Below, in pieces: positions 17,741 to 25,854 of a DNA stretch of 40,500 nucleotides. A program made the position numbers and the translations under genes. This DNA comes from Gemmatimonadales bacterium (GTDB lineage Bacteria; Gemmatimonadota; Gemmatimonadetes; Gemmatimonadales; GWC2-71-9), in NCBI GenBank assembly GCA_041577295.1, contig JBFGJG010000036.1:1-40500 (forward strand), read 5' to 3'. The stretch's first letter is position 1. Each line of letters starts with the position of its first letter. Under the pieces are notes generated by a model. The model searched no databases. It worked only from the letters and a program-made list of their open reading frames with translations, and had not been told where the DNA came from.

Positions 17741-18504
17741 CGAAAGCGCCAGTGTTCTCGCCAGGGGCCACGGCTATGCTGCTTGCGCTGTGGCTCGCTG
17801 CGCCCGTTACGCCGGCGCTCGGTCAACACGAGTCGGAGGCGTCGATCGGGGCGTTCCCACGAAAGTTCCTGAGCAACTCCGTGGGGCTCGTGGCGTGGGA
17901 CAACCTCGTTCCGTTGTTTGTGGGCTCGTCACTCACGCTGACAGCGCGTGCCGCGGATCACGACGTCCAGGCCGCACTCGCCGACAAAGCAACCGGTATC
18001 GGTGACGTGGGTGATGCGGTGGGGAGCCGGTTCGTGGTCCTTGGCGCGATCACCACGGTGTTTGCTGTTGGTCAACTCACCCCCAACGACAAGTTCCGCG
18101 CGGTGACGTTCGATCTCGCGCAGGGCTTCGTGATCAACGGAATCATCACGACTGCATTGAAGCGCTCGTTCTCGCGCATGCGGCCGGATAGCACGAACCA
18201 CCACTCGTTTCCATCGGGTCACACCTCGGCCGGTTTCACCATCGCCACGATTCTTGCGCGGCACATCGGCCCTGAAGCTGCCGTGCCCGCCGTATTGGCC
18301 GCCACGTTTATCGGCATCAGTCGCATCGAGGACAACGAGCACTACCTGGCGGATGTTTTGGCAGGTGCGACACTCGGATACATCGTGGGCCGGACGGTGA
18401 CGCAACATCTCGTCGCAGATGATGCTCATGAGCCTGCCACGCTCAGCATCTCGCCATTCGTCGTGACACGCGGAGGCGGCCTGATGCTCGCCGTGCGCTT
18501 CTAG
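17737..18504 (+). CDS. PAP2-family phosphatase
   Basis: LKRSFSRMRP, SFPSGH, SRIEDNEHYLADVLAG (all three PAP2 motifs); TTGA overlap with the upstream stop. Confidence 0.9.
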   Translation: MTKAPVFSPGATAMLLALWLAAPVTPALGQHESEASIGAFPRKFLSNSVGLVAWDNLVPLFVGSSLTLTARAADHDVQAALADKATGIGDVGDAVGSRFVVLGAITTVFAVGQLTPNDKFRAVTFDLAQGFVINGIITTALKRSFSRMRPDSTNHHSFPSGHTSAGFTIATILARHIGPEAAVPAVLAATFIGISRIEDNEHYLADVLAGATLGYIVGRTVTQHLVADDAHEPATLSISPFVVTRGGGLMLAVRF

Positions 18505-18726
18505 TACCTCCTGCGAAAGAGGCGGTGAAAGGCCGGATCGGCGGGACAGGTAGGAAAACCAGCTAGGAACGGGAGATCGCGCAGCAGTTCCAGCAACTCT
18601 AGACTCTTTCCCTCACTTTTTTCGCGGTCACCACTTGCCACGTTCACTCGCGGAACGTGGACGAATGGGCGATTCGCGTCCGGCCTTCCCGACCTGCATA
18701 TTCAAGCGTTTCCCAAGGAGACTTCC

Positions 18727-19638
18727 ATGCCAGCGGACTTCCCGCTCGGACGTATCGTGTGGCACGAGCTGATGACGACCGACACCCAGGCCGCGATCGA
18801 CTTCTACCAGGCGGTCGTGGGGTGGGACACGATGAACTGGGGCCAGGACCCTGGTTACCGCTTGTGGACCAACGGCGATACGCCGGTGGGGGGGCTGATG
18901 ATCCTCCCGGTGGAAGCTCGGCAGATGGGGGCACCACCGCACTGGCTGATGTACGTCGGGGTGCCGGATTGTGGCGCCACCATCGACCAGGCGTCGGGGC
19001 TGGGCGCCCAGGTCCTCGTGCCCCCGCAGACCATTCCGACGGTGGGTACCTTCGCCGTGCTGTCCGATCCGCAAGCCGCGGTGTTTGCCGTACTCCAACC
19101 GGAGGGCGACGTTCCCGGTCACGATGGGGAGCCCAAACGCGGTGAGTTTTCTTGGCACGAGCTAGCCACCACCGACTGGGAGGCCGCTTGGGCCTTTTAC
19201 TCCAGGCTCTTCGGTTGGGAGACGACCGAGGACATGGACATGGGCCCCATGGGCGTTTACCACATGTTTGGCCGCAACGGGCAATCCATGGGTGGAATGT
19301 TCAACAAGCCACCCGAGATGCCTCAGCCACCCAACTGGCTGTGCTACGCGAAGGTGAAGAACGTCGATCACGCCACGGAGAAGATCACACTGCGCGGTGG
19401 CACTGTCGTGAACGCCCCAATGGATGTTCCGGGTGGCGATCGCATCGTGCAGTGCCTCGATCCGCAAGGGGTCGCCTTCGCGCTACACTCGGTCGCCCCC
19501 AAACAGGCGAAGCGTGCGAAGCCTGCGAAGCGTGCCAAGAGCAAGTCGGCCAAGGCGTCCAGGGCGACGGGTCGCAAGACCGCGAAGACGCGGCGGTCCA
19601 AGCGGGCCGCGAAGACGGTTCGCAAGAAGCGGCGGTGA
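18727..19638 (+). CDS. Two-domain VOC/glyoxalase-family protein with Lys/Arg/Ala-rich C-terminal tail
   Basis: Duplicated WHEL.TTD...FY...GW and DPQ.AVF motifs; AGGAG SD; tail AKRAKPAKRAKSKSAK...RKKRR. Confidence 0.9.
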   Translation: MPADFPLGRIVWHELMTTDTQAAIDFYQAVVGWDTMNWGQDPGYRLWTNGDTPVGGLMILPVEARQMGAPPHWLMYVGVPDCGATIDQASGLGAQVLVPPQTIPTVGTFAVLSDPQAAVFAVLQPEGDVPGHDGEPKRGEFSWHELATTDWEAAWAFYSRLFGWETTEDMDMGPMGVYHMFGRNGQSMGGMFNKPPEMPQPPNWLCYAKVKNVDHATEKITLRGGTVVNAPMDVPGGDRIVQCLDPQGVAFALHSVAPKQAKRAKPAKRAKSKSAKASRATGRKTAKTRRSKRAAKTVRKKRR

Positions 19639-19663
19639 GCAGCGACGGTAAAGAGACGCGCCC

Positions 19664-21499
19664 ATGAGTTTCGCACGCACGCTCGACGGGTCGGCGCTGA
19701 TATCGACCAAACACACCCGCATCACCCCCGGTGACCCACCGTCTCGTATTGGAGACGAGGAGAGTCTCGACGTTTGGGGCTTCCGTGATTCGGCCTTCAC
19801 GGTGCTCGAGAACGGAAGCGTCAAGCTCCTCGGATCCCGGTACCCATTGAGCGGCGCCGAACTCCCCGACTTGCTCCCGTGGACCAGCGGTGTGCTGGGT
19901 GTCACGATCGATCCAAAGGACATCCATGAGATGTCACACACCGCGAAAGTCCCAGAACCGGTGGAACATCCGGTCTTTCTTTCGACTATTCGTAAGTTCC
20001 TGTCCGAGGAATCGATCTCGAGTGACCCGGACCTCCGGCGCCGCCACGGTCACGGTCACACCCTCGAGGACATGTACGCCATCAAATGCGAAGGGCTCGC
20101 TCGGGTGCCGGATCTGGTGGTTTTCCCCACCGACGAACGCCAGGTCATAGCGCTCGTGCAGGCTGCCGCGAGTCACGACGTGTGTCTCGTGCCGTACGGC
20201 GGGGGCACCAACGTTACCGATGCCCTGCGATGTCCCGCCGACGAGGAGCGCCTGATCGTCTCCGTGGATATGAGCAGGCTCAACCGCATCCTGTGGATCG
20301 ACCCGGTAAACCAGACCGCGTGCATTCAGGCAGGCGCCGTGGGACGACACATCGAGGAACAACTGGCCGAGCACGGCTACACGCTGGGCCACGAACCGGA
20401 CAGCATCGAGTTCTCGACGCTCGGCGGTTGGATTGCGACGAATGCCAGCGGCATGAAGAAGAATCGCTATGGCAATATCGAAGACCTCGTCCTCGACGTG
20501 CACGTCGTAACCCCCAGGGGCGTGCTTACTCGCGAGGCGGTTGGTCCTCGCGAATCTGTAGGGGTCGATCCACGGCAATTGGTGTTTGGATCTGAAGGCA
20601 CGCTTGGCATCGTCACCCAGGCCGTGGTCAAAGTCTTCCCCCTCCCAGAAGTGAAGCGATACGACTCCCTGATCTTCCCGAGCTTCGAGCAGGGCGTGGC
20701 CTTCGCGTACGATCTCACCCGCGAAGGAACGCCTCCGGCAAGCGTGCGGCTGGTGGACAACCTCCAGTTCCAGCTGAGCCAAACCCTCAAGCCGAAGGCC
20801 GTGGGGCTCAAGCGCATGAAGCGGCGCGCAGAAAAGTTCTTCGTTACGAAGCTCAAAGGCTTCGATCCCGTGCGAATGGTGGCGTGCACGCTCGTCTACG
20901 AGGGCGATCGCGCAACCGTCCGTGACCAGGAGCGGGTGGTGCGCCGCATAGCACGTCGATATGGCGGGATGCGTGCCGGACCAGAGAACGGGAAACGTGG
21001 CTACCAACTCACGTTTAGCATCGCGTACATTCGCGACTTCGTGATGAAGCACTACATTCTCGGCGAGTCCTTGGAAACCTCAGTGCCGTGGAGCAGAGTG
21101 CTCGAACTCTGTGCGAACGTAAAGCGAAGGGTCGCGGAGGAGCATCGCAAACACCACCTCCCGGGGAAGCCATTCATATCTGCGCGAGTCACCCAACTCT
21201 ATCAAACTGGGGTGTGCATCTACTTCTACCTCGCTTTTTATCACAGGGGCGCGGAGCAGCCGATGCGGGCCTTTACCGAAATCGAACAAAGTGCGCGGGA
21301 CGAAATTCTCGAGTCTGGTGGAACCCTCTCCCACCACCATGGAGTGGGTAAGCTGCGGCAGACGTTCCTCCCGCGGATCATGTCGTCAACGGCACTCGAG
21401 TGGAACAGTGAGATCAAGCGAGCGATCGATCCTGGGAACGTTTTCGGCGCCGCCAATCAGTTGATGGGAACGGGAGCGGCACCACACATCCGGAGATAG
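19664..21499 (+). CDS. agps: Alkyl-dihydroxyacetonephosphate synthase (alkylglycerone-phosphate synthase), FAD-dependent
   Basis: AGPS-specific motifs: WGFRDS, HGHTLED, PYGGGTNV, GHEPDSIEFSTLGGWIATNASGMKKNRYGNIEDL, PASVRLVDNLQF, NGKRGYQLTFSIAYIRD, ETSVPW, RVTQLYQTGVCIYFY, SHHHGVGK. Confidence 0.92.
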   Translation: MSFARTLDGSALISTKHTRITPGDPPSRIGDEESLDVWGFRDSAFTVLENGSVKLLGSRYPLSGAELPDLLPWTSGVLGVTIDPKDIHEMSHTAKVPEPVEHPVFLSTIRKFLSEESISSDPDLRRRHGHGHTLEDMYAIKCEGLARVPDLVVFPTDERQVIALVQAAASHDVCLVPYGGGTNVTDALRCPADEERLIVSVDMSRLNRILWIDPVNQTACIQAGAVGRHIEEQLAEHGYTLGHEPDSIEFSTLGGWIATNASGMKKNRYGNIEDLVLDVHVVTPRGVLTREAVGPRESVGVDPRQLVFGSEGTLGIVTQAVVKVFPLPEVKRYDSLIFPSFEQGVAFAYDLTREGTPPASVRLVDNLQFQLSQTLKPKAVGLKRMKRRAEKFFVTKLKGFDPVRMVACTLVYEGDRATVRDQERVVRRIARRYGGMRAGPENGKRGYQLTFSIAYIRDFVMKHYILGESLETSVPWSRVLELCANVKRRVAEEHRKHHLPGKPFISARVTQLYQTGVCIYFYLAFYHRGAEQPMRAFTEIEQSARDEILESGGTLSHHHGVGKLRQTFLPRIMSSTALEWNSEIKRAIDPGNVFGAANQLMGTGAAPHIRR

Positions 21500-21536
21500 C
21501 TCAGAGAGCATCAACATCCAGCGGAGCGTCGGGACG

Positions 21537-23864
21537 ATGCGATCATACCTGCTGACCGGTGTCACAGGTTTTCTCGGAAAAGTGCTGCTGGCGGAAATGT
21601 TGCGCCGTCGGGATGAGCTTCGCCTCGACAAGGTGTGGGTCTTAATACGTCCGAAAGCGCGTGCCGCCGACGAGCGGTTCCGCGAGGAAGTGGCATCGTC
21701 CGACTGTTTTCAGCTGCTGCCGCCAAATTGGACTCGGTGTGTCGAAGTGGTGAGCGGGACACTCGCAGAGCCCGGTTTGGGCCTCGACCCCTCCAACCGC
21801 GATGTAATCACCGGACAAGCAACACACGTCCTGCACGCGGCCGCGGCGGTGGAATTCGACCTACCGCTCGTGCGCGCCGCGGATCAAAACGTGACCACCA
21901 GCCTCAACCTGCTGGAGCTGACAAGATCGTGTCCACAGTTAGAAAAACTGGTATGCGTGTCGACGGCCTATGTGACACCGCATCCAGGCAACGGCACCCC
22001 TATCGAGGAGACCCTCGCCCCACTCCCCCAACCCGCTGAAGAGATCTACCGATCGATTCTGGACGGATCCGTCAACGAACGGGCGCTTCTCGCGGCTTCG
22101 AGCCATCCCAACACCTACACCTTGACCAAGTCGCTGGCGGAGCATCTGCTCGTTGCGCGGCGCGGCACGGTACCCCTCGCCATCGTACGCCCGAGCATCA
22201 TCTCAGCAAGTTGGCAACATCCGTTTCCCGGATGGATCGACAGTACCGCCGGTTTTGCTGCGTTCACGATCTTGCTCGGGCTCGGGTACATGCGCTCGGT
22301 GATCGCCGATCCGAATGCGCGGCTCGACGTCATCCCGGTCGACGAGGTCGCAACTCGCATCCTGCTTGCGTGCGAGGATCGACCCGAGACTGACGACGCC
22401 GTGACCATCCACCACGCGGTGGCAGGACTGGAACGCAGCGCGACGGTGCGGGAGTGTTGGGAGCGGATCCGAGACTTCTTCACCGTTCATCGGCTGGACC
22501 GCCGGCCAACCATGCGATACCTCGGGCCACCGGGAATACGGTTTGCCCTTACCGATACGCTGCACCACCGATTAGCGATCGCCATGGCTCGGCTGCGATC
22601 GGAGCGTGCCCGCCGGTCGGGGAATCAGCTGGCGGATCGCATCACATACCTGAACCGCGTGTTTCCGTATTTCACTCGCCGCTCCTTCGACTTTCGTTCG
22701 CGCAAGCCGCTGACGGATCAGTTCGATCCGCACGGCTACATGACCACGGTGAGCCGGGGTGTCTATCGTCACCTCATGGGCGGTGATGACACACAATGGG
22801 TGTTGGCAGGCCGGCGCCACCCTGGGCACGGTGGCGACCTGCGATGGGTCATCAGCCGACCTCGGGGGAAACCCATGGTCCGACTTGCCGCGTGGGCCGT
22901 TGGCAAAGTGCTGCGCCGCTGCTTCCGACAAGTGAGCGTGGACATCCCATCGTTCGAGGCGGCGGTGCGGGAAGCACCGAGCGGCGCCTCACTCGTGATC
23001 GTGCCCTCCCACCGGAGTTACTTCGATTTCGTACTGTGCTCATACCTCTTCTTCGCACGACCCGACCTGAAGATCCCCATTCCATACATTGCGGCCACGT
23101 CCGAGTTTGGTCGGATACCGCTGCTCGGACGCGTGCTTCGCTCTCTTCACGCCTTCTACATCAATCGGGGCGAAGGACGAGAAGACCCGCGGGTCACCCG
23201 CACCGTCCACGAGCTGTTACGAGAGGGAAGGAGCATCGAATTCTTCATCGAGGGAACACGCAGCCGCTCGCGTGCCTTTCTCCCGCCTAAACGTGGTCTG
23301 TTGCGCTGCCTCCAGGCTTCGGACAAAACCTGTGTCGTGCTGCCTGTGGCGTTCTCATTTGACCGGATACCGGAAGAGCGGGCCTTCGCCCGAGAGCTCG
23401 CAGGTGCCCCAAAACCTCCGATGCGTCTCCGTCCACTTCTCAGCTGGACGCTTCGCTGCCTCCGGGGTCGGATCAACCTCGGCAGAGTGCACATCGCCTG
23501 CGGGAAGCCCGTTCAGCTGGATGCCGAGAGCGACGTCCACCAGGTGAGCCAAGAGATTCTCGAGCAGATCAAGCGTGCGACCGTGTCGACCACGTTCCAC
23601 CTGCGTGCTTTCCTCCAGCAACATCCCGTGGAGGGTGCTGACGTGGCGTGGCTCGGAGACGCCATCGAGCGACGTGGCGGTCGAATACTCGAAAGCGACC
23701 TCGACGTACCGGAAGATCTCGACCCCCTCATCGCGGCAACGCTCGCAAACCAGTTTGCGCACCTCTTCGATACAGATTCACCGCGCGAGGAACATTTGGG
23801 ACGCGTGATCGATGAGTTACTGGCACAAACCCGTCGCGATCGGGAACCGGAGCCGGTGATCTGA
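21537..23864 (+). CDS. Fatty acyl-CoA reductase fused to DHAP/glycerol-3-phosphate acyltransferase (FARAT-like)
   Basis: FAR domain: TGVTGFLGKVLL, VSTAYV, PNTYTLTKSLAE, RPSIISA..PFPGW. GNPAT/PlsB-type domain: PSHRSYFDF (HxxxxD), FYINRG, FFIEGTRSRS. Confidence 0.9.
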   Translation: MRSYLLTGVTGFLGKVLLAEMLRRRDELRLDKVWVLIRPKARAADERFREEVASSDCFQLLPPNWTRCVEVVSGTLAEPGLGLDPSNRDVITGQATHVLHAAAAVEFDLPLVRAADQNVTTSLNLLELTRSCPQLEKLVCVSTAYVTPHPGNGTPIEETLAPLPQPAEEIYRSILDGSVNERALLAASSHPNTYTLTKSLAEHLLVARRGTVPLAIVRPSIISASWQHPFPGWIDSTAGFAAFTILLGLGYMRSVIADPNARLDVIPVDEVATRILLACEDRPETDDAVTIHHAVAGLERSATVRECWERIRDFFTVHRLDRRPTMRYLGPPGIRFALTDTLHHRLAIAMARLRSERARRSGNQLADRITYLNRVFPYFTRRSFDFRSRKPLTDQFDPHGYMTTVSRGVYRHLMGGDDTQWVLAGRRHPGHGGDLRWVISRPRGKPMVRLAAWAVGKVLRRCFRQVSVDIPSFEAAVREAPSGASLVIVPSHRSYFDFVLCSYLFFARPDLKIPIPYIAATSEFGRIPLLGRVLRSLHAFYINRGEGREDPRVTRTVHELLREGRSIEFFIEGTRSRSRAFLPPKRGLLRCLQASDKTCVVLPVAFSFDRIPEERAFARELAGAPKPPMRLRPLLSWTLRCLRGRINLGRVHIACGKPVQLDAESDVHQVSQEILEQIKRATVSTTFHLRAFLQQHPVEGADVAWLGDAIERRGGRILESDLDVPEDLDPLIAATLANQFAHLFDTDSPREEHLGRVIDELLAQTRRDREPEPVI

Positions 23865-24880
23865 AAGGGCCGGTTCTGATCACGGGCGCCAGCGGTTTCC
23901 TCGGGCGTCACCTGCTGCATACCCTGTTGGAAGAGCCCGAACACCCAGAAACGGTCGTTCTCGTTCGCGACCGCAAATCGTGGGAACGGATGGTCTGGAC
24001 CCACGATCTGAACGTGCATCCGTTGGTGGGATCGGTGACGGATCACGGGTTGTGGTCGCGTGACCGGACACTCGATGACGTGCGTGGCATCTTTCATCTC
24101 GCCGCGCTTGTGCGACATACGCGCCGGCGTGCGGCCGATATCTACCGAACCAATGTCGATGGCACGCTCGACATGGTGCGTGTGGCCGCGCAACGCGAGT
24201 GCCGAATGGTGTTCGCCTCGACCTCAGGTACGGTCGGCTGTTTCCGCCGCCCCGGCCAGGTAGCAGACGAGCACGCGCCGCACTGTGTGCCCGAGGTGCG
24301 CCGCTGGCCGTACTACCATTCGAAAGTCATCGCGGAACAACAGGCGCAGCACCTGGCACAGGAGTTAGGGGTCGATCTCGTCATCGTTCGGCCGCCGGTC
24401 CTGCTCGGTCCGGGGGATCATCGATTCCGATCCACCGCGCACCTGGTGCGGTACCTTCGCGGCAAGCTCCCCTTTGTGATTCGTGGTGGGGTGCACTTCG
24501 CCGACATACGGGACGTCGCTGCCGCGCTGGTGCGATTGATGGCCCGCCCGCAGACACAACCCGTCTACCACTTCCCCGGAACCGAGTGCACCGTGCAGGA
24601 GTTTTTCGCGCTGGCGGAGCGCGTGTCAGGAGTTCCGGCGCCAAACGCGGTGGTGCCGTTTCGGCTCGCGTGGTGTCTTGCGACGATCGGACAATGGTTA
24701 CGTCTGGATGTGCTCCCGGACCCAGTGGTCGTTGAGATGGCGTCCCATTACTGGGGAATCTCGTCCAGGTACTCGGAACAGGAACTGGGTTACGTCAGTC
24801 GTCCGGGTGAGGTGACGATGAAGGACACGATTGACTGGCTGCGGAACCATCACCCTGAGCTGGGGAACGGATCCCAGTGA
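23861..24880 (+). CDS. Extended SDR (NAD-dependent epimerase/dehydratase family), candidate acyl/alkyl-DHAP reductase; probable CTG start
   Basis: The Rossmann motif VLITGASGFLGRHLL lies upstream of the track's TTG, in frame from CTG 23861. Also FHLAA, TNVDGT, ASTSG, YYHSK (YxxxK), VRPPVLLGPGD. Confidence 0.88.
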   Translation: MKGPVLITGASGFLGRHLLHTLLEEPEHPETVVLVRDRKSWERMVWTHDLNVHPLVGSVTDHGLWSRDRTLDDVRGIFHLAALVRHTRRRAADIYRTNVDGTLDMVRVAAQRECRMVFASTSGTVGCFRRPGQVADEHAPHCVPEVRRWPYYHSKVIAEQQAQHLAQELGVDLVIVRPPVLLGPGDHRFRSTAHLVRYLRGKLPFVIRGGVHFADIRDVAAALVRLMARPQTQPVYHFPGTECTVQEFFALAERVSGVPAPNAVVPFRLAWCLATIGQWLRLDVLPDPVVVEMASHYWGISSRYSEQELGYVSRPGEVTMKDTIDWLRNHHPELGNGSQ

Positions 24881-25000
24881 GATGAATCAGCCGACGTATG
24901 GGTTAGGTGCACGCGTGGGGAGGTGTTTGTCGGCGCCGGGCGGCGTGGACTCGACGCGCCGGTCAGCCATGATGCTCCGATTTCACCGCGCCGGCCCGCC

Positions 25001-25852
25001 GTGACCACACCGCCCCCAGGCGCTCTCCAGCACCTCCCCACGCGTGCAACACGGCGCCACGACCCGGCCCGAGCGTGCGCCCGGCCATTCAAGTCCTGGC
25101 GCACCCTTGCCCTCGTGGCCTTCGCCGTGGGCCTCGGCTGCGCGAATGGTCGACCCAACGATGCAGAACAGCTGGTGGTGCAAGCTGCCGTAGCCGCGAA
25201 CTTTGCTGCCGCACATACGGAGCTTGTGAACCGGTTCGAGGCTGCGACGGAATTCCGTGTCCAGACCAGCCTCGGTTCGACCGGCCAGCTCTACGCACAG
25301 ATCCTCAACGGCGCGCCGTACGACGTATTCCTCGCGGCCGATACGACACGGCCCCACTTACTCCAAACTAGGGGCGCTGCCGTTCCCAACAGCCGCTTCA
25401 CCTACGCCATCGGCCAGCTCGCGTTGTACGCGCCGGGCCGCGACCCCCGCACCGTCCGTGAGGCCATCTTGCGGAACGATGACTTCGTGTACCTCGCGAT
25501 CGCGAACCCAGAGACGGCACCGTACGGCGCCGCAGCACGAGAGGTGTTGCAGCGGTGGGGACTGTGGGAAAGCTTGGAGAGTCGAGCCGTGCGTGGTGAG
25601 GACGTAGGACAGGCACTGCAGTTCGTCGAATCGGACGCAGCCGAGGTGGGCCTCCTCGCGTACGCGCAACTTCGGAACAAACGCGAAGAGGATTACTGGT
25701 TGATTCCTGACGACCTGTACGAACCGATCCGGCAGGGTGCCGTGCTGCTGAGCCGTAGTGCTGAGCACGCGGGAGCGCTGGCATTCCTCGCGTTTCTCCA
25801 GAGTTCAGAGGGTCGCGCGGTGATCGCGGACTCCGGATATCGCACCCCGTAA
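25001..25852 (+). CDS. modA: Molybdate ABC transporter substrate-binding protein (start uncertain)
   Basis: AVAANF, GSTGQLYAQILNGAPYDVFLAAD, AIANPETAPYG, PIRQGAVLL; lipobox-like GLGC. Confidence 0.92.
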   Translation: MTTPPPGALQHLPTRATRRHDPARACARPFKSWRTLALVAFAVGLGCANGRPNDAEQLVVQAAVAANFAAAHTELVNRFEAATEFRVQTSLGSTGQLYAQILNGAPYDVFLAADTTRPHLLQTRGAAVPNSRFTYAIGQLALYAPGRDPRTVREAILRNDDFVYLAIANPETAPYGAAAREVLQRWGLWESLESRAVRGEDVGQALQFVESDAAEVGLLAYAQLRNKREEDYWLIPDDLYEPIRQGAVLLSRSAEHAGALAFLAFLQSSEGRAVIADSGYRTP

Positions 25853-25854
25853 CG

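Noticed and set aside
18638..18680. Short hairpins upstream of the VOC gene (CCACGTTC/GAACGTGG)
   Set aside because: 8-bp GC-rich stems without a U-tract or second copy; not distinguishable from chance.
19664..21499. Alternative call as a D-lactate/glycolate-type FAD oxidase
   Set aside because: Those enzymes have HAGDGNLH and GEHG motifs; this protein has AGPS-type GMKKNRYGNIED and SHHHGVG, and FAR/acyltransferase context.
24881..25000. Moco riboswitch or ModE box upstream of modA
   Set aside because: No TATAT-N-ATATA ModE palindrome and no recognisable Moco motif by eye; an Rfam scan would settle it.
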